Shown here: in pieces, positions 1 through 14,700 of the stretch | Layout of the letters: every line of letters starts with the position of its first letter | Numbering within the stretch: position 1 is the first letter of the stretch | NCBI GenBank assembly: GCA_964187785.1 | Contig: OZ076409.1 | Span: 10,914,001 to 10,978,000, forward strand | DNA from: Amphiscolops sp. MND2022 | Taxonomy: Eukaryota | Reading direction: 5' to 3' | Length of the DNA: 64,000 nucleotides | Program-made: the position numbers and the translations under genes | Notes under the pieces: model-generated | What the model was told of the DNA's origin: nothing | Database searches by the model: none | Seen by the model: the letters and a program-made list of their open reading frames with translations, nothing else

Positions 1-1332
1 CAAAGGGTTCCCCTTCAATTTTTTAATGTTTTGCAACAATGGATGTTAAAAAATGTGTCCCCCCTTTTTAACGCGCCGGTCCAACTTCTGGGTGTTTTTG
101 GTACTGTGAAAGAGAATACTTTGACACTTTGAAGTCCTTTTGCTATTTTTGAGCCTTAGATATGGCGCCGACTTGGGCCGGTGCCGGCTTGTTTCTGTGC
201 ATATTGTCTTTGTTTTGGGTATCAGCAGAACCGATTATCAATCATGATTGGATTTCCGCGAACCACAACGATACGAAGAAAAAATTGTCCGTCCCCAGGT
301 TGAAAAATGTCTGAAAATTGTGTTTTCCAGGAATCACAGAAAGAGCTCTTTTGTACACAAACTTAGATAGTGCACAAACTTGGATAGAAGTTTTTTTCAC
401 ATCCTTTCACAACTTTCTAAATGGTCAAATCAAATTTTTTTCAAAACTAATTGAGCAATCAAAATTGCACATCACGTCAGTAACGTGAATTGTAAATGTT
501 GCATCATCAAAAAATTGCATCATCTTCGGAGAAGTGGCTTTTGAGAAGTTGACAAAATCATTGAGACATTGGAGAAGAACACAGTTTTTGAAGTCAAAGA
601 GTTTTTACAACCTGTTCGTCTGGGTCATATGTCTTCTGAGACCAAAAATTTTGCAAACACAAAAACATCTCTGTGCAAGATTACAGAATCTCTCTTACCT
701 CTGAATCCCACCACTGACAGAATAAAATATTGCTCACTCACCTTTGGAGTTGCATGCCGGCCAAACAAAATGAAGTTGAAAAACGAAAAACGCAGCGAAA
801 CTGGAAAAGTTGAAACATAAGTCAAACATCGAAATAATTCATTATTGCTTGAAGTAAATAGGACCTAAACTCCGTCAAGGATTTTTTGTCTCGATTGAGA
901 CTAATCAAAAAAATTTTGTTGATTAGTTTCTGGATTTTCGATCGAAGACAATTCGTCTGCTTTGCTGAGCTCACTATAGTGGCCATATATGTTTTAACGA
1001 ACCCAAAAGCCACCGAAAGAGCACTATAGGAAGGTTATTTTTCGCTTCGCCGTTATTGTAAGTCTGACTGCAGATTTCTCGGAAAAAAATATTCTGATAG
1101 CTTCTTGCTTTCATCAACAAAGGTTCCATCAAGCTGTCTATAAGATGCATCCTAAATTTGGCGGCAATTCTGAGCCGCAAAGTTTTGCAGGTTTCATAAA
1201 GACGCCGTTCTAATTTTGAAAGCAGCTGACACCTTCGTCAATTTTACATCGGTTTCAATGCAAATAATTTTGAGTCGCATAAGTTTCAACGTAGCGTCAT
1301 ATTCAGCGTGCTATTTGACTAACGGTGATAAC

Positions 1333-1761
1333 TAGGGCAACCAAAAAGGGCAAAAGGGCGATAGGGGCAAAAAAGGCAGAAATACGGGTTAGGGGCAAAA
1401 AGTTTAATAAAAGGCAAAAAAGCAAAATACATCGAATCTTGTACTTTTTCGTATATATTCACCCCTTTTCTGACAAAAACGAGTCGTGTGAATTTGTGTA
1501 CAGGAGTTTCTCAGAATTAACCATTTAGCAAACTCAACAAGATGCTAGCCAAGGACCGTAATTCTGATGTTACAAATATCGAGAATTACATTTGCATTTA
1601 TTGTAACATTCCACTTTAATAAACGAATTTGACTTTTTTGTTAAATCCTCGCTTTCAAACGCGTGCCGATAAAGGGCAAATAAGGGGCAAATTTTAAAAT
1701 AAAGGGCGGCAAATAATGGGCAAAATTTTAAAAAAATAAAGGGCAAATCGCGGTTGCCCTA
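1333..1761. mobile_element. hAT-type MITE
   Basis: TIR TAGGGCAACC/GGTTGCCCTA; perfect 8-bp TSD GTGATAAC; internal AGGGCAAA repeats. Confidence 0.9.
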
Positions 1762-2415
1762 GTGATAACATAAAGTACTTACTTGAGAAACTTACGCGTG
1801 AAAACAAAGTGATCGCGGTGGTGAAGAAGTGGAACTGTTTTCACTTTTAACTCAAATAGTGATAGCTGCATAGTAATCTTACGAAATGTTTCCATGGATG
1901 GTCCCTGAATTTTCCATGTTTTATTAAAAATTAGCCGGCATTTTTGAAGGTACCTGTAAAACTTCGCGGCAACTTCGACTAGGGACTATACATATCTAAT
2001 GCAGCCAATAAACTACCGGCTTCTTTCCAAACACGTTTCAAACTACTTTAGAAAGAAAACAGGCTCCTCATTGAGAAAATTAGACATTTGAAATTGGTAG
2101 TTGAAACGACTGTGAACATTCAAAAATTGATATTTCCTTCTAGAAAGAACTGATCAATCTCATTAAAAAGTAAATAAAACTGAGTATTACATGTGAAATC
2201 CCTGCCACACACACACAAGAAAAAAAAACAAAAAAAAAATCAAGTGTTTTGTTCCATTAATAAGGATCCCTCTTGAAAAGCCAAGTCCTTTAGGGGTCCT
2301 TTTCAGGGGCTGCATAGTAAATTCGATTTGTTCAATTCGAAATTTTGTCTGTAATTTATGCCCTCTGATAAATTGAGTCATTATTAGTATTATTATTGTT
2401 TTGCAATTTTTTCAG

Positions 2416-2743
2416 CTTCAATACGAAGGTGAGCAGGCCCGTTTCGACACATCTTCCGAGATCTACACCTACTCTCCAGGGGCCTCGCAGAGCAATTACC
2501 TCATCCTCATCGACCCCCACATCTCCATGGGCTTCCGATTGGTTGTCAACCTCACTGATGACGTCAACGACGATATGTGCATCTGTGACGTCAGACCTTT
2601 TGACATGGCAGTGTCCTTCATAGGGTGTCAGAACCCCTCGTTCCCACCCTACGTCGTGAGGTCCCTGCCCCCCTTCAACGACACTAAGTGCAAGAAGGAG
2701 TTCCAACTGGACTATGGGCTGCTCACTAAGCTCAACATTCCTT
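2416..2743 (+). CDS. Host exon (LQYEGEQ...KLNIP)
   Basis: ttttcag acceptor, gtaagt donor, phase 0-1. Confidence 0.85.
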
Positions 2744-5700
2744 GTAAGTACTACTATGTGAACCATAGAAAACGGACCGCATGAACATTTTTCACTCTTC
2801 GAAATCGTAATATTTGTGAAACAAGACACTGATAATTTTTCACTTTCTTTGTCAATTATCCTCTCTTTACGTAATCAAATCTTGAACAAAGAATGATCGG
2901 AACCTTCAGAAAACGTCATGACGTCTTCCCCAGCCATTTCATTTCGTTCACATTTCGTTCACGGTGTGGAAATTGGTTTGCTTCGAAGAAAAGTTGTCAA
3001 ATTGAATGACTGACAAGCTGAATTGCAATGTTCAGAATTGTTTAGAAACACTTGTTGACAAAGATTGGAACGTTAAGAGAGCTCAAAAACTTTCATGCGT
3101 TCCGTTTCTTATGGTTCACCTAGTATGTGAACCATAAAAAACGGAACACATGAAAATTTTTGAGCTCTGGAAGCTTCAATTCTGGAAGCTTCTGGAAGCT
3201 TCATATTTGTTATCAAATGTTTCGAAACAACTTTGAACAATGCAATTCAACTTGTACATCATTCACTTTGATAACTTTCTTCGGAGCAAAAGAACTTTCA
3301 CACACCAGAAGTGTGAAGATGTATAGACTTTTTCTGAAGGTTCGTATCGTGCTTTGTTGAAGATTTGATTGCGTAATGAGAGGATGATTGACAGAGAAAG
3401 TGAAAGATTATCAGTGTGTTGTTTACAAATATTAAAATTTTCAAGCGTGAATATTTTGTGCGTTCCGTTTTTTGGTTCATTTAGTAGTTTATGAGATTAT
3501 GCTAATTTTCATGCTGCCAACTGTGGTACGAAATTTAGCAATGCCTATTTCATTTGTGATTGACGGAAAACGCCATTGTTAGGCATCGTACCTTAAGTTC
3601 AACAGATTCAACGCGAATGTAGGTTTGAATCTTCCAAGCCATGGATTCGAGTCAACAAATTCTCAAACATTTGAAAGATAGGATGATACAAAATATCCTG
3701 ATATAGAGTTTTGTTTATCATATGAACATTTCCCGATTTTCTCGTGCATCCGATTAGGGTCATTCAATCAGTTGAGTCTTGAAAGGTATTCTGTTGGTTG
3801 TGAGTCATACGATTATCCTTAATAGCAAAAGTCACAAAGGTTCAAATGCAAATCATTGCTTATTTTACTACCCTTTGAAACAAGACTGCACACTTGAGCC
3901 ATGTCTTGAAATTTGGAAGAAACTTGAATGCAATTTCAAAAACATCGATGCGTTTTAGTTGCGGATGCATACGACACAGTTGTGATGGAGATCATAATGT
4001 GTGCCAAGGACACGGCAGAGTCGGAATACAACATGGACGTGTATCTAGACACCTCAGCCAGCCCTGAAATTCCCAAAGTCTACCAAAGTCTCAAGTTCAT
4101 ACGCTCCCCTCGCGAAGAACTCACTTCAGTCAGTGGTAGCTCGAAAAAAAAACATTTTTCTTATAACCTACCACAACAGCAAACTATAATTTCAGGAAAT
4201 AATTGATTCAAGAGGTTGATCGATCTTTTCAAAAAATTCGAACTTTCAAAAAACTTTCAATAGAATTTGATTTCATGTCAAAAGAAGAAGGATACACGGA
4301 AAGATTGAAACTCCATTTTAAAAGAAGCGAAAACATGGTTCATTATCATTTTAATGATGGCTTGACTTACTGTGTCATTCTGAAAATCTAAATGATTGGG
4401 ATGAACACCATTCAAAATAATTCAAAATTTACCCCTTTCTTTGGCACATTAATTCATCAATGTAAGAAACAACAACTAAAATGTATCGCATACATGTGCC
4501 CTGAATTCTTTGTTTTTGTAAAGTTTCCCTGCATGCTTCCGAGTCCATGCAGCATGTGAAAAGTTCAAGCAGATTCATTTGCTTCCTAGAAACCTTTCCT
4601 CTTCTTAGTTTCCGTGTTCTGTGGACGTGAAGTACACCAATTTCAAGAAAGGATCCGAGATATCCATAGCGGCCACAGTGGATCCGGCTCCGTATGACAC
4701 TTCCACGGTGTACAAGGTCCAGCACAACATGGAGATCAAAGGCTGCAACAAAAAAGACCCAATTCTCAACTTGCGCCCCCGGCTTGTGATGAAATCTAGG
4801 TTAGTTTAGTTAAATCTGCACCGATGTCTATGTTCTATTCTAGCATTATTAGGGTTAGGAAAAACATGAATTATTAAATAAGTTTCGGTACTCCTGACTA
4901 AGTGTGTGTGGTCCCAAGCGATTTTTCCTTATTAAGTGTGGTCCCTATAATATAAGTTATAATATAAGTGTGGTCCCTGCATATTTTGTCGGAATATTTA
5001 TTACAACGTAGTCAGCTATGCTCACATAGCCCTAAATCCTTAAATGCACGAGCGAAGCGAAGCGATGCGGAGCGACGTGCCATATGGCCATGCCTCAATG
5101 TTGCTACTTGGCGAAGGGAGCGGAGCGACCGAGCCATACAACAAATATGTTATCCTCTTCAAATCAAATTCCATACATATTGGCTGTAACAGGACTAAAA
5201 GCCAGTAAAATGAATTCTGCTGTTTTGAACTACATGCTTTACGTTGGCTCTTTTAAATTTGCTAGGGACCACACTTAGTCAGGAGTTTTCAGCTGCATAA
5301 ATTTTGTAGGGACTACACTTAGTAAGGAGTACCTAAGTGTCTATTCTTTATGAAATAACGAGACACCGCTAAGCACCAGGATATTTTCCGCTAAAAATGT
5401 AACGCATCAGCAGGGCTTCGAATCCTCGACCTCGTGTCTGCCAGGCAGATACACTTCCAACTGAGTCAAAGTAACTAAATTAGGTACTAACTGAAGTGGA
5501 TGGAGATCGTGGAGATTTTGCAGAATTGGGTACAAAAAATGCAACACAGATTTCGATTTTCCTCACCCATTCACAAATAAATTTGTGGGGCGGAAAATAA
5601 CAAAATTGTGGTTTAGTATCATTTCACCCCACGTTCATTTCACCCCATATCATTTCACCCCACGTTCATTTCACCCCAAATTCATTTCACCCCAAATTCA

Positions 5701-8700
5701 TTTCACCCCACGTTCATTTCACCCCACATTTAAATTGACAAATGCGTCTCAGATTAATTACTAAAGCCACCCAATTTCAATCTTAGCGCTGATAGAAATA
5801 CGTCTTGGTTCTAATTACTAATTAGATAAGCAAACGATGCTTGCTATGTGAACCACAAAATCGGAACCGAAGAGTTTCACTTATCGGAGTTGTATTACTT
5901 CTAAACAAGGAACTGAGAAAAATCGTTTTTTCTGTCAATCAAAATCTACAATTATGGATGCTGCGAATCTTCAGCAAATAATTTCTTATTCCGTTTTCCT
6001 ACGGCAAAATAAAATTCCTAAATACCTCAAAGCTAACTCAAAAACAGTAAGCATCAAAGTTTAATTGTTGATTGGCTAATTAACGTGAGACGTCTTTGTA
6101 TAATTACAATATGGTGTGAAATGAAAATGGGGTGAAATGAACGTGGGGTGAAATGATTATGGGGTGAAGTGAATGTGGGGTGAAATGAACGTGGGGTGAA
6201 ATGAATGTGGGGTGAATTGATATAAGGTGAAATGATATGGGGTGAAATGATATGGGGTGAAATGATTTTGGGGTGAAATGAACGCACACCAAAATTGTTA
6301 TATAACAAAACTATTGTATTAAATAAACATTATACATTTTAGTTCATTCAAGTTTGTTTGTCAACAACTTGCAAGTAGGCTAGACCGAAACTCGGTAGAG
6401 GTCAAGACGGATTAACCGTTAACTGTATAACAGTCCAGATCTGTTGTTGTCTTTGATTTACAACTGTTTGAATCATTTTCTTCATTTCGGCGAAACCTAT
6501 CTCACAAAATTTAGTTCTGCAGTGATTTTTTGAAGAATTTATAGAACGAGTGTATTCAGAATTTTATTCTTTTCATTAAACGCTGATTTTGACAATCTTA
6601 CTATATAGCTCCCTCTAACCCAATATGCCCGTTGAGTGACAAGATATTTTTTACCCTGATACATTTCAGCGCCAAAAATATTGCAAACTTCAAGAGTAGC
6701 TGATAAACTGCAAACTTGCACAAAAAGAAATTTTGCATTTTTTCATCGTTGTTGAGTCTTTTCGGGCCCTTTTTAGGTGCTTTCTTTAGACTCAAAACTT
6801 CAGGTTTGTTTTTAAAGGATGCGACTTGTAGTTTCGACTCCCGGTTCCTGATTCATGAGGCTTGCATTCAATTCCATGCATGGAACAAAATGATCAGCTG
6901 AATTCCATAAAATTCCGTGCATGGAGTCATATGATTCCATGCGATTTCATGCAGGGAAACAGACTGAAATTGTCGTATGGAACATGTGATTTCATGCATG
7001 GAATTGCATGGAATCGCATGTGGCGTTGGATCCTGGCTTGTAATTGAAATTTTTTCTTTCAGATACGTTGAATTCATGGAAGAAATCTCGTTCAAGAACA
7101 TCTCTGGTCTGCTCGTAGCGGAGTACGACAGCATCAGAGTGACGAGAAAACATCACACCCTGTACACGGAGCAAGAATACTTCCGGTTTGTTGTTGATTT
7201 CTCTGGAACCTTCAACGTAGATCCTGCCGAATGTCCGGATTTGGTTAGTAGCCTGATTGGCAAAAATGCATTTCTTGCCGGGATTTGCAAGATCTTTGCA
7301 AAAACACTCTACTTGAAAGATCTTTCAATGAAAGTTTTCTTTATTCTATACAAAAACTTGATATTCTGTTAAAAAGAATAAAATACTTTCTTCCTCAAAA
7401 TCCTCTCCCGGTTCTTAACAATTAAACTTAAAATCAGTTAAACAGATATTTTGAACTTTCATGCATTAGGTTTTATTTTATGTGCTTTTGCCTCAGTCTT
7501 AATTATCGGCGATTATTGAGAAAACTAATAACTAATGAACTTTTTTCACATAATGGTTTTGAATGCAAAACAAAACATCTATTGAGCAATTTCTGATAAC
7601 TCTCTCAATTTGTTTAGTTAATCTCGGGAAAAACCTTCAAAACCTTCCTCCTCAAAGATGTCAAACATGTGACAACATTTTAGAGAATTACCTTCAATAA
7701 AAATATAAAATACTAAGGTCGTCATTCTCTATTTTTAGCAGTACACATTCCAACATAAGATAAATGACCACTAATGACAAGTCCTAACATCTCTAGTAGT
7801 TTCCCATACTGGAGAACAATGAGTCAATATTTAAGTACAATATCTTAAGAAAACATCTGCCTCTCGTTGAAGACCAATCTCAAAAATTTCTGTGAAACTT
7901 ACTTCCTTTACTTAATTACTTCCAAGCATTCATAGATTGGATTCCGTCATTCATTAAGGAAGGACAAAGAGGGTACAATCATCACATGACAATCACTTGA
8001 TTTTCATCAGTGGTACGCAAATCTCATCTTATGACCAATCAGCAACTTCTGATTGATGATCAATTACTTTGCAGGATCTTTTCTGTTAATCCCCCGCACA
8101 GTAAGCGCGGAAACTTTAATTCCCCACCACTATCAGTTTCAGTTGCCGTTAGAGTTATAAAATACTGCAATTTGATTGGTTGTTATTAATTCAATTAATT
8201 CAATGATAATCCCACTTGACCACTTAACTGGGGGGGGGGGATTAAATTGGAGATTTAACAGAAAAGATCCACTTTGCATAAACATTCTCACAATGAGTGT
8301 TAATTAGACAAGTAAAGATCAATTAATTGCGAAATTCGAAGTTCGACATAAACTGAGTTCAATTCCAGTCACAAGCACTATCTAACGTAATTGACACAGT
8401 GTTTAAATGCTTCACGAAGTTGTTTTGCGCAGCCAAACATAATTACATTGCGGTTATGCATCCATCGGTGACTTTTCAATTCGTAGAATATTCATATCGT
8501 CGAAAAAATTCACGCTATTCAAAGCGTCGGAATGATTCCAAATCAGCGATTATTTTCATATTAGTTGTATGGCTCGGCCTTCCTTCTTCGTGCTACTCGA
8601 GGTCAGCTTTCGACAAAACCAAACGCTGGTCAAGTATTGGCACGTCGCTTCGCTCCTGCATTCAGGGCACTAGGGGTATGTGAGCATAGCTGATTATATT

Positions 8701-11700
8701 ATCGTATTCAGTTCGTTATGTGCTGTGTTCATTTTAAAGAGTTTGATTCGTAAAGCGACAATTCATCCCAAGCGACAATTCATTCCAAATTGCAAAAAGC
8801 GACAATTTGTCACAAGTGACCATTTTGAAAAGGCGACAATTCGTCCCAATTATTAAAAGCTGCAATTCGTCCCCAATTTAATTGCCAATTATTACCTTTG
8901 TAGTAATGAATCCAGAAATTTTACATTTAGAGGCAGGTACCAAAAATTAACACAAATTATTAGTGCCCCCTTCTTGTCAAACTGGGAAATCTCCTTTCAC
9001 ATAGTATAACAAAATTAAAAATGCAATCATGTCTACTCTTAGAACTATTTGTTCATTTCTTTGATTTCAATCTTCTAAAGGTTGCTAATTAGCTGATCAA
9101 TTAAACAATTTGGGACGAATTGTCGTTTTTTTTTACATCTGGGACGAATTGTCGCTTTTTGGAATTTGGGACGAATTGTCGCTTGTGCCGAATTGTCGCC
9201 CAACCAGTTTGATTTTCTGTCTCATTGAATAAAATTATGGTCACGTGACTATGACGCGCAGTGTTTACTGTGACTGAACTTTGCACCATGCTTTCGAAGC
9301 TTTGAATATTCCACGAAGTGAAATTCCCAGGTTTTCGATCTTTGTGAATCTGTGCAGATCTGCAGAATTTTTGCAGATCTTTGCAGAGATGCGCAGATTC
9401 GAAAAAAACTGACGTTCTCAGAAACACAATAAAAATCCCACAGCGATGTCAAATGAATAATAAAAATGTTTAAAACTGGAGAGAAGTCTCATTTATGTCA
9501 AAATGATGAAACATTTTTCTGTAGAAATCTGTAAAAATCTGTACAGATTACAGATCTTTACAGATCTTTACAGAGCCAAGCAATGACCAATGAATTACTA
9601 TAACGTATTCCAAATTAACATCAATTACTAAAAATACTACAGCAAACTATGTTGAGGAAATATTACAACCACATTCCTTTATCAACACCTCTACCAACCG
9701 AGACGGTAGCCACATGTATAATTACATCCGCCAAATCGGAGTCAATATGGCAGACGAGCCTCTCAAAGTTGAACAACCACTTCTGGAAATTTCGAGTGAA
9801 ATACATAAATTAGTGTATGACCTATACCAAATATTCCCCAGACACCAAAATTACCGTGATGGGGACAATATTTCCTTCTCATGAATTTTGAGTGATGGAG
9901 AGTTTCTACTGACTGACCTTAGGTCAGCTAAAATACTGGATAAAGTAGTTGAAGAAGTCCAAAAACGCAGTATATTGGTTCCTTAAAAGCTGCAGAAAAA
10001 CATATTTCTGCAAAAATCTCTAAAGAAAATCTGCACACTTCTGTAAAGATCTTGCAGATTTGTATGGATATTCAAGATTCAGTGCAACGATCTTTGCAGA
10101 ACCCTGCAGAAAAAATCCTGCAGATCTGCACTGATTTGCAAAGATCGAAAACCTGGGATTTCTCGCATCTGTCACTGCTTCTCATTTCAAGAATGTGTTC
10201 AACATTGATAGTAAAAAAATTGTAGCAGTATTTTACCAAAACGACGCCAAAATCAGGAAAGCAGTTTTTTAACGTCAATAGCCAACTGTGGTCAAAAACC
10301 TAGATGATGCTATAGCCATGAATGAAGTGTCCAATTAATTTCAATTGATTGGTCAATTGGCAAACTTTGCATTCAATTTCAATTAATTGACATTGAATTT
10401 CAATAATTGACATTTTTCATTCTCTATTGACTTTTGCGTACCCCTGGAAATCATCTCAATTAATTGTCGTGTGGGAACTCTTGAGACTTGTCAAGAGTTA
10501 TGCATAAGACCCTTGAGCTTTCTAAAAAACCCTAATAGTCTCAACAAAAGTCCCAAGAAATGCAATACTTCCAAAAATTTTTTATTTGCCTGCAAAAATT
10601 TTAATCAACAATGATTTCATGTTGAGCTAAGAATCGACCTCCTCCGAAATTTCAATGATTTAGTGTCTTCTTGTGCTGTCAGAAATGCGACAGAAAAGCA
10701 AGTACTGAAAGCTTCGTTCAAGTGGTTTTTAAAAGTTTTCTTTATTTTATTAATTTCCTGGAAACACTTCATAAGCCGCTGGTTAATGCTCCTTCAATAA
10801 TCTTTAAGAAACACACGACGAAATAAGCTGTGTTAACTGTCAAAAAGTACTCTCTAGACTGTAGCCTCTGATTCAGCCTTGGTATCTTTTCTATGTTAGG
10901 ATAATTGACGTCTGCGTTTGGAGTTGTTCACCGGGTTGACCTGACATGCAAACCATAAAATGTTTCCATATATGGAAATTAGATGCCATACAAAAAAAAA
11001 CATTTTATGTTCTTGTTATGACTTTAATGTTTTCCATATATGATCATTGTATGGATTGCATGATTTCATATAACTGTATGGCCCTTTTATGGAAACCATG
11101 TTTTTTAAGTATGGCCCTCTTATGGAAATCATGTTTTTTGAAGTAGGGCACTTTGATGAAACCTGCTCTTCTGTTACTATCCTCACAAAATACAAGTCAT
11201 ATTAGGACTCATAATTTCTTCTGGAAGTGGCCACTTTTGCTGAAAGCTCAACATAATTTGAACCCATGTTTTCAAAGTATGGTTATTTCATGGAATGCAT
11301 GTTTTTAAAGTATGTTTTTGAAGTTTTAAAGATGAAAAACCGAAAAAAGTCACCGTGTTAGACATAGGAACTCTAATTTCTGCCTAATTAATGTTGACAA
11401 TGAAAACTTGTTTAAAAAGCACGTCTTTCATAGTTTGAACAAACTATGGAAACCATTCGTTCCATAAAATGACCATAGTATGGGAAACATGTTTTTCATA
11501 AAATGACCGTAGATCTTTTTGTATGGTCATTTTATGGCTGAACTGATTTCATAAACACCATATATGACATTTTATGATCTACATGTTTTTCGTATGGTGG
11601 TCAACCCGGGTCACGGATGTTAATCGATATTTTATATGTAGTCATCTCACTCTTCACCGGGGAAAGTAGAATGGACAACATTTTCTTAACCTCGACAGTA

Positions 11701-14700
11701 CACTGAGAAGTAGAAACATTGACAAAATTGAGTAAAAATTTTTCAAAGCTTAATTTGTTCACGAATAATAGTGAAATTTTTCTGAAAAGTAAAATTTTGC
11801 AAATTTTCACTTTTTCCAATTTCTTTTTTGCCGGTGGCTCGGGAAAAAATCTATATCGACACTAATAACAACTCACTCCAGATACTCTAATAAAATTGTC
11901 GACAAGAAAGACAAAGTTTCGTTTCTCTTCTTTCATTTTCCGTTTCGAAATTTTTCATTGATTGCGAAAAAGAATCGCTGTCCTCATTTGAGGACGAAAT
12001 CACTGTCGAGGTTAAGAACATTTTCAAAAATATTGAGTCATCATTTCCACTTGAATTTCACGCAAAGTTTTTGTTGTCTTATAGGTGATCAGTTCAGACG
12101 TTGTTCTCATCACAGAGAGTGGCCAAGCATTCAGTCAATGTCCTCTGGTCGATTACGCAATAAACTCCACAAACGCCATAAATGAGGTAATAATACCGTC
12201 AAACTTTTTTAAACGGAAGCCCTACGTACTAGCACCGGATTTGTGGCGAAGGTGCAATTGGCCAACCGTGCAACTGGTAACAAGCCGGGAACGGCTCAAG
12301 TCGGCGCCATATCTAAGGCTCAAAAAGACGAAAACCACTTTTTCTACAACTGGAGACAACAAAAGCTCTCAAAAAACTAAAAATTGAGAAAAAAAATTTC
12401 CGAATTTTTTTCGGAATTTTTTCGAAGTTTCCGGTAAGTCGCATAGTGCCGAAAAATGTAGAAGGGGACGCTTTGGGATTTTTTGAACATCCATTCTGTT
12501 GCAAAATATCAAAATTGATGGGAGGAACAATAAAAAAACTTCGGAAAAAAATCAGTCTCACAGTGCCGAAAAAAGGAGGAAAGTCTCATAGTGTCGAAAA
12601 AAGTGGACCCTTCTGCTTTGGAATGGCTTTTTATCTCATGTTAGAGGCTTTGGATGCGTTGAAAATGAAGTACTAAGTACATATGGTAAAAGTTGGTAAA
12701 AGTGCATTAATGCACAATAAGTGGACGTTACGCGTTGAACTGACGAAAAAAACTAGCCATTGTAAGAGTCGGGATTTTCTCCGAAAACGCCGACTAAAAT
12801 CTGCACCCGGGATTCCCAACCTCTGATCATATTGGCACCATACAAATCATACAAAGTTTTTTTATGATCTTACCATGATCAATCTGGAATCATATATTGT
12901 ATAAATGTAAACATCTCAATTTCGTTATTCATCTGTAAATAAATCGCATCGAATCAAATTTGGAAGCGTATAAAAATCTTGTTCCAAAACAATATGCAAC
13001 GCGTCCACTATTTTTTATTTAAAAGGAAATTTCCTTTTAAATGAAAAATAGTGGACGCGTTGCATATTGTTTTGGAACAAGAATTTCATACGCTTCCAAA
13101 TTTGATTCGATGCGATTTATTTTGATCTTGAGTCTTTAAAGTTGATCTTGAGTCCAAATCATTCCTCTGGTTGTTAACAACCAGAGGAATGATTTGGATT
13201 CAAGATCAACTTTAACTCCCAACCTCTACGAAAACCTGTTTTATTTCCCTGCAAATTAGAAGTTTCGTTATTGAACCATTTCCGGCATTCGTAATTTATT
13301 GTGTCCGCCAAACACCTTGCACCCAGATTTTTATTTGTATTTTCATTTTTTTCATTTTTTTCCCAAAAGCATTCAATTTGATGATAACCTGGTGTCACAG
13401 TCCGCTCCCGGACTGGCTTGTTCATGTCGACGGATACATTTCGGAAGAGGACACGGATGCCTAATGAAAGCTAAGTACTGTTGGAATTAATCAACTCGAA
13501 CTAAACTAAACAAACTGAACGAAAACTAAACGAACTAAAAACAATAAAACGAAGTAACTTGGGAATATCTCTTAAACATAATCCTAAAATAAGAATTCGG
13601 GGAAAAATTAAAATCAACGCGTTGTTAAACTGTCATCACAAACGAAAATAAGACCGTCACAAATAAAACTTATATGTATCAGTTTACTTCAATCTTCAAT
13701 AACAATTACTATGAGCACACTCTAAGTAAAGTGCAAGCATGTCGCTCGCGTTATCGCATGTCTAACGTCAATAATAGTCAGTTAGGAATATCGTTCAACG
13801 CAATGATCGCGCTAGTGTTTGTTTACGCTGGATTAATATTAGCACCGCTCACATGAAAGAACGACTTACGTCAATACTACGTCACGACTAATTGAAAAGA
13901 AAGAATAGAGTCTACGTCACGACCATACATACGATACTTATGACCAAATAATGCTAGTGTCAAAATTAAATTAGTTGCTAGAAGTATACCGGAATATAAA
14001 CTAACGTCGTTATTGCGCCGCGTATTGGCTTAAAGAAAGCTCAATTCTACGTCAAACTTACGTCACATTATAATTGAGCCTTGGACTCATGCGTACGATG
14101 ACCTCAAGTCAATTTTAAACTGAAATAAAAACTCGATTAGTGAAAGAAACCTTTCTATGGAATTATGAAATAAGAGAAATTCCCAAGTGTTTCGAAGTAT
14201 GGAAAACCATGTTGCACTTAATGTTTGATGATGATTAAATATAATTTGTCTATCGGGGTTGCTATAAAATAAATACTCAATGAATGCAGTTTACATATAA
14301 TGTTGGTTAATGGATATTAACGATTAATTAGCGTCTCTTATGCTGGAGTTCTAACATGACATTTATGTGTATATACATATACAGTTGTTTGATTTCTCAT
14401 TTAATGATTTATTGCAAATGAAAATTCGTTTCATATTTCTCTAAAATGTAATGCCCGAGTAAAACCATAAACCTTCAAATTTTGTGCCTTCCCTAACTCA
14501 TCACATATATGAGTGAGTCTTTTCCCGCGTCTCTTGTCTCGTAATCGCCTCGGTTTTTCACTTCTATTTTCCCGGAAAGTTTCATGATCACTTCCTACAA
14601 ATTAAGACTTTCCCGCCTTTATGAAGTCAAAGTTGGGTTGTTTCGATGAAAATGATTTTAGGAAAGCTTCCACTTCCGGTCTATCGAGATCTGTCACTCG

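Noticed and set aside
5408..5470. tRNA gene (also 42985-43050, ~23200 and ~47720)
   Set aside because: A and B boxes are present but stems are degenerate and all copies sit inside dispersed repeats.
5620..6308. Short repeat arrays as a CRISPR array, and the H/P-rich ORFs over them
   Set aside because: No unique spacers; these are inverted subterminal arrays of a MITE with an 8-bp TSD, and the ORFs are repeat artefacts.
5012..8695. Inverted pair TCAGCTATGCTCACATA as TIRs of an element capturing a host exon
   Set aside because: No TSD, and the left copy is nested inside another MITE; more likely independent insertions.
12313..12676. ORFs repeated at 12.4, 23.4 and 60.2 kb as a small gene family
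   Set aside because: They lie in non-coding HINE family A copies, and frames are not preserved between the more diverged copies.
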